Shown one piece after another: positions 58,682-64,000 of a stretch of DNA of 64,000 nt. How positions within the stretch are numbered: position 1 is the first letter of the stretch; each line of letters starts with the position of its first letter. The notes under the pieces are model-generated. The model had not been told where the DNA came from. It ran no database searches and saw only the letters and a list, made by a program, of their open reading frames with translations. Source of the DNA: an uncultured Candidatus Rokubacteria bacterium (lineage in GTDB: Bacteria > Methylomirabilota > Methylomirabilia > Rokubacteriales > CSP1-6); the NCBI GenBank assembly GCA_963758635.1, contig CAVWWD010000005.1, forward strand, positions 544,001 to 608,000, in the 5' to 3' direction. The position numbers and the translations under genes are program-made.

Positions 58682-60033
58682 TAGTTGCCCTTCTCCTGCT
58701 GCGACTTCAACTTGCGCAGGTGCAGGCGCGCCACGTCCACCCAGTCCTTCTCCGAGGGGAGAGCGCTGGCGAGCTGGATGTACCGCTCCCAGAGGGCAAT
58801 GGCCTCCTTGGCGTCGACCTTCTCGTACACGAGGGCGAGGTTGTAGAGGCCGCCGGTGTTCTTGGCGTCCAGCTCGACCACCTTCTTGTACTCGACGATC
58901 GCCTCGGGGTAGAGGCCCTTGTCCTCGTACACCTCGGCCAGGCCCATCCGCGCGTCGAGGAACATCGGATCGAGCTCGATGGCCTTCTTGTACGCGGTCA
59001 CCGACTCGTAGTAGAGCCCCTTCTCCGCGTAGTAGATCTTGCCCAGGCTCACGTGGACGCGTGGGTTCATGGGGTTGAAGTCCAGGGCCTTGCGGTACGC
59101 GGTGATCGCTCCGTCCACGTTGCCCTTGGAGGCCTGTGCCTCGCCGAGACCGACGTAGGCGTCGGCGTAGAAGGGCCGGAGCTCGAGAGCCTTGGTGTAG
59201 GCTTCGACGGCTTGCTCGAACAGGCGACGGGGCACGATCAGCAGCAGATCGCCGAGCGCCTTGTAGGGCTCGGGGTAGCTCGGGTCGAGCTGGGTGGAGG
59301 CCCGGAACTGCGCCGCGGCCTTCCAGCGATTGCCGAGCGCCTGGTGGACGCTGCCCAGCGAAAACTGGGCCACGACGAACTGCGGATCGATCTCCACGGC
59401 GCGGCTCAGGAGCTCGACCGCCGCCTCGTTGGACTCCTGGTTGCCGCGCAGCGCGGCGGCCTGGCCGCGCACGAAGCTCTCGAAGGCCCGGAGGGAACGG
59501 GTGGGGCTCGCCGACTTCTGGACCCGGGCGAGCTCGGCCTCCGTCGCCGGAACCTTGAGCGCGCGGAGGTAGGCGACGGACACGCCCGGCAAGCTCGCCA
59601 GGAGCTGCCCCTCGGGCACGGTCACGGCGTCGAGCGTGCCGCGGTCCGCGCGCTCGCCCTTGATCTCGACGAAACGCGGCTGCAACGCGAGCTCGCCGCC
59701 GGCGCGCCGGACCTCGCCGTAGACCGCCACGTCGGCGCGGACGCTCCGGGCGGTCTGCGCGACGTTCTGCTCGTCCCAGGCGTCCGGCAGCGACATCTGC
59801 CGGAGGCGCCCACGGTCGATCTGCACGAGCGACGGCACGTGGACGAGGGCGAGCTCGAGCGACTGGGCGATCCCCTCGCCCACCCATTGCTCCTCCCGTC
59901 CGAGGCCCGCCGTGTTGAACGGAAGGACCAGGACGGTGCGCGCCTTGACGGCGGCGAGCGCCGGGCCCGCGCTGAGGACGAGGAACAGCGTCCCGAGGAT
60001 TGCGAGGCTAGACCGTCTGTCGCGGAGTCCCAT
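58681..60033 (-). CDS. Exported protein with a TolB-N/CsgG-like N-domain and multiple TPRs
   Basis: Signal peptide (PALAA); VLVLPF; repeated TPR units (YKKAIELDP). Confidence 0.8.
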   Translation of the reverse strand: MGLRDRRSSLAILGTLFLVLSAGPALAAVKARTVLVLPFNTAGLGREEQWVGEGIAQSLELALVHVPSLVQIDRGRLRQMSLPDAWDEQNVAQTARSVRADVAVYGEVRRAGGELALQPRFVEIKGERADRGTLDAVTVPEGQLLASLPGVSVAYLRALKVPATEAELARVQKSASPTRSLRAFESFVRGQAAALRGNQESNEAAVELLSRAVEIDPQFVVAQFSLGSVHQALGNRWKAAAQFRASTQLDPSYPEPYKALGDLLLIVPRRLFEQAVEAYTKALELRPFYADAYVGLGEAQASKGNVDGAITAYRKALDFNPMNPRVHVSLGKIYYAEKGLYYESVTAYKKAIELDPMFLDARMGLAEVYEDKGLYPEAIVEYKKVVELDAKNTGGLYNLALVYEKVDAKEAIALWERYIQLASALPSEKDWVDVARLHLRKLKSQQEKGN

Positions 60034-63000
60034 TGTCCCGGCCCTCCTTCGGCGTCCTGGTCACGAGCCGTGTCCACAGCGCGGTCACGAGACCGGGGCC
60101 GACCCTTCGGAGCGCGATCTCGGGGATCAGCAGCACGGCAACCAACCCGACGAGCCACGGCCAGATGTCCAGCGTGAGCCGCGACTTCCGCCGCGCCGAC
60201 AGGAACGCATCCCGGGGCTGTCCCGCGACGCCGCCGCCCGTCAGCTCGGACAGCTCGCGGAGGAGCGACTCGTCTACCCCGAGGTCCCGGAGTTCCTTGG
60301 AATACGGTACCACCAGTCCGGCGAGCTGTGACCCCACCATCTGGTCCCCGCGGCGCTGCGCCATCCCGACGAGGTACGCGCCCTCCTGGGAAGCGGGGAA
60401 CCGGCCCCGGTAGCGGCCCGGACCCACCTGCTCGAGCTCGACCACCGTGCGCTGCTTGTCGGGCGAGACGACACCCACCTGGGAGTCGAGGAAGTTGATG
60501 AACTCGCCCTTCGGGTCGATGGCGTCGACCACGACCTCGCCCCGGTCGTCGGCCTGGCTGACGGTGGCGACGGTGTCGGTGCGGGTGCCGCTCCGGAGCG
60601 TCCACCGCGTGAGCTGCGACCAGAACTTGTTGAAGCCGCCCCATCGGAGCCACAGCACCGCCCACTTCGCCTTGGCGTCGGACGTGAACGCCACCGAACG
60701 GCCGAGCCCGTAGCGCCACGTCGCGAGGAGCGGGTCCTCCTGGTGCGTCATCAGCACCATCTCCGCCGTGCCCTTGAGCGAGGTGGCGACGTACCCGCCC
60801 AGGGGCGGCGCCTCCTTCCACTCGATGTCCTGGATGGCCTCGTGGCCCGGCGCGCCCACGCTGGGCTTGAAGGGCTGCTCGACCAGCGAGGACTTCGACG
60901 CGAGCTGGGTCTCGAGCGTGAAGATGCGCGGGATCGTGCTGTCGTCTTCCGTGTAGTAGAAGCGCCCGCGGCCCCACTTGGCGACGTCGAACATGAGCTG
61001 GGCATCGGCGTCCTTGCCGATGGCCACCGTCGAGACCGTGATCTTGTCCTTCGCCATCCGCCGGAGGAGGCCGGAGAAGTCCCCACGCGTCATCTGACCG
61101 TCGGACAGGAAGATGACGTGCTTCAGGAGCGCGGGCCGATCGAACAGGACCTGGTAGGACTCCTTGAGCGCGGGATAGCCGTCCGTGCCCCCGCCCGCCT
61201 TGATCGTGGAGATGGCGGTGTGGATGGCCTGCTTGTCCTTGGCCGGGCGCACCGGGGAGTCCCAGATGAACTCGGTGTCCCAGCTCATCACACCCACCTC
61301 GTTCCGGTCGTCGAGCAGGTCGACGACGAGGTGCGACGCCTCCTTGGCGATGTCGAGCTTGGTGACCTTGCTGTCGGTGGTCATCGCCATGGAGCCGGAG
61401 CGGTCGATGGACAGGACGACGGCGAGGCTCGGGATCTCGAGCTTCTGCTTGACCTCCATCGTCACGGGCAGCGCTTCCTCGAGCGGCGTCCGGTAGTAGC
61501 CCCCGAGGCCGAAGCTCTCCTCGCCGCCTAGCATCATGAGCCCGCCGCCGTGATCGCGGACGTAGTCCCGGATGCTCTCCATCTGCTTCTTGTTCAGCTT
61601 GAGCGAGGAGACGTTGGACAGGATGACGCCGTCGTACTTCTGGAGCCCGGCGACGTCCTTCGGAATGCGGTCGGCCTCGACGAGGTCCACGTCGATGTGC
61701 TGCGAGCGGAGGGCCGAGGCCAGGCTCTGACCCTGGGCGCGCTCCTTCTCGGCGAGCAGCACGGTCGGCCGGCCGCGTACCACGATCGTGCCGAGCGCGC
61801 GGTTGTTCTCGTCGATCGTGTCGCCCTCGACCTCGATGTGCGCCTGGTAGACGTGGATCCCGCTGTGCTCGAGCGACTGCCGGTACGTGTACACGTTCTT
61901 GCCCGGCGTGAGACGCACGACCTGGGAGCCCAGGAACTCTCCGTTCCGGAAGAGCGCCAGGCGCCCCTGCGTCTCCGCCTGGCTCCACGCCACCACCTTG
62001 GCCTGGAACGGCTCGCCGTACTTCACCTCCGACGGCAGCACCATGGACTCCACGACCACTTCCTGCTTGAACGTGAGCGGGGCGGGCACGTAGAAGATGT
62101 CGGCGCCGGCGTCCTTGGCCGCCTGGGCCACGGCGAGGGCGTTGCCCGCGTTCTGGCGGCCGTCGGTGAGCAGGACGAAGCGGTTCGCGTGGCCGGGCGG
62201 CGCGGTGGCGAGCGCGAGCTGGAGGGCCTGGGCCAGGTTCGTGCCCCGCCCGCCCACCTTCGCCTGCGGGACGCTCGATCTTCGCGCCCGAGCGGAGCGG
62301 CTGGTCCACCACCGCCTCCTCGCCGAACACGATGAGGCCAGCCTGGTCGCGCGGCTGCATGGCCCCCGCGGCCTGCGCGACGAACCGATAGGCGTTCTCC
62401 CGCGCGGCCAGGCTCACGCTGTCCGACACGTCGAGCAGGAAGAGCACGTTGAGCTGATCGACCCACCGCGGGATCACCGGCCTGACGAGCGCGACGATGA
62501 GAATGGCGACGAGGACGCCCCGCATGCCCAGGGCCCAGCGGTCGGCGCGGGTCGGCGGAACGGAGAGCCGACCCGCGGTCTGGCGCCGCCAGTAGAGCAG
62601 GGCCTCGACGATGAACACCGCGATGGCGAACATCACGAAGAACGGCCAGAGCTCTCGCGGCACGGGCACCGGCGCCGCCTCGGGGCGCGCCCCCTCCACG
62701 AACGCGGGGACGGGCCGCGGCGTCAGCTCGGATTCCTCGGCGTTCATGAGGTTGACGGCGACCTTCGTCTCGCCGCGCGAGGTGACCACGCGGTACACGC
62801 CGACCTCGTCGGTGTCGGTGAAGCTCGCGAGCCCGCGCGTGACCTGCGCCTGCACGGTGTGCCCCGACGGCGTCGTCACCGTGGCGGTGGACACCCCGTG
62901 CTCGACGGGGAGCAGGATCGGCTGCCCCGCCTGCAGCTGGAGACTCTCCTGATCGAGGCCCGCCGGGTGCAACCAGCGGAGGCTCTTCGAGAGCATCAGC

Positions 63001-64000
63001 GGGAAGGCCACGCGCAGCGGGAAGTCGCTCTTGAAGAGATCGAAGCCGAAGAAGACGGCCTTGCGCTGCTGCTCCTCCAGAAGGTAGATGAGCGGGCCGC
63101 CGGCGGCCTCGACGAGCGTCTTTCCCGCGGCGAGCGGGCGCACGCGCAGCGCGTCCTCGATCGTCACCTTGGCGAAGTCGATCTGGCGCATGATCGGATG
63201 CGCCCGATCCCAGTCCATGATCACGGGCGAGTCGAAGCGTCCGAGCACCTCGAGCGGGACGTCCCCCGGGACCGCGTTCACGAGCACGAAGCGCCCGTTG
63301 CCGACCTTCGTGGGGTTGACGCTGTCGATCACGACGGCATCGAAGCCATCCATGCCCCCCTGGTAGGCGTCCGGCGTCCGGACCTCGAGCTTGACCTGCG
63401 GATCGCTCTTGAGCGCCTTCTCCAGGAACATGTTCCCCGCGCTCACGAGGAGCACCGCGATGGCCCGCGGCGGCGGGATGACGGCGAAGGCCATGTTGTC
63501 GGCGGTCAGGTCGTCGGTCACGTCGATCCGCGCCCGCACCACCCCGCCGCCCGGATGGCTGAACGGGAGGACGAGGGCCCGCCGCACCTGCGGCTCGAGC
63601 ATCAGCTCCTTCTCGGCGATGAGGGTGTCGTCCAGCCGCAGCGTGAGCGTGAAGCGCTGGGGCTCGGTCGAGAAGTTCGCCATCGACAGGAAGGCCTGCG
63701 AGTCGAACGACCCGAAGTAGTTCCGGCGCACCGCCATGCTCGTGATCGCCACGTTGCGCCCGCGGGTGCCCACGCCCGACCAGCGCACGCGGGCGTCCTC
63801 GGCCTGGCCCCGCAGCGCGTCGGGATGCGCGCCGTCGGTGAACACGTGCACCTCGGCGCGCGGGTCGGCGCCCACCAGAGAGCGCGCGGTCCGCACGGCG
63901 TCCTCGAGCCGGCTCGGGATGTCACGGGGGTGCGCGGAGCGGATCGCGGAGACGACCCGGTCGCGGTCCCGCGTGAACGGCGCGAGCACCTTGGGCTGGA
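60008..64000 (-). CDS. Large membrane-anchored VWA-domain protein, 5' truncated, apparent frameshift near 62270
   Basis: VWA motifs FTDG, LLDVSDSV, LLTDG, IDRSGSM, FLSDG; GATase-like GGGLMMLGG segment; TM helices; joins ORFs 59622..63989 and 60008..62257. Confidence 0.75.

Overview
A very GC-rich bacterial chromosomal window, almost all on the minus strand. The gene style is compatible with Methylomirabilota/Rokubacteria-like lineages, but that is only an impression. It carries a purine cluster (purB-S-Q-L-F-N-H-[HTH-TPR]-D-tsaC), the rimP-nusA-infB-rbfA-truB-ribF-rpsO-pnp block, proS, the rpsB-tsf-pyrH-frr-uppS-cdsA-dxr-rseP block, rplM-rpsI-argC-argJ, a second RpoD-like sigma factor, a ferritin-like/biotin-carboxylase cluster, Pol IV, a doubled ISC Fe-S locus, and TPR and VWA genes. 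Three observations stand out. (1) The IscS of the main isc operon has lost its PLP-binding Lys and PLP-stacking His but keeps the persulfide Cys. It is paired with an IscU carrying Asn at the conserved D39 position. A second, intact IscS is paired with an IscU lacking the third Cys, and an inverted DsrE/F/H-like trio lies between the two modules. (2) An ~80-bp inverted-repeat element occurs in 6 full copies plus 2 partial ones, nearly always fused to a stop codon, and in one orientation it reads as overlapping mini-ORFs. (3) A 24-bp duplication creates a 12-codon minicistron between purN and purH. Many frameshifts in essential genes look like sequencing indels. No rRNA, tRNA, CRISPR array or transposase was found.
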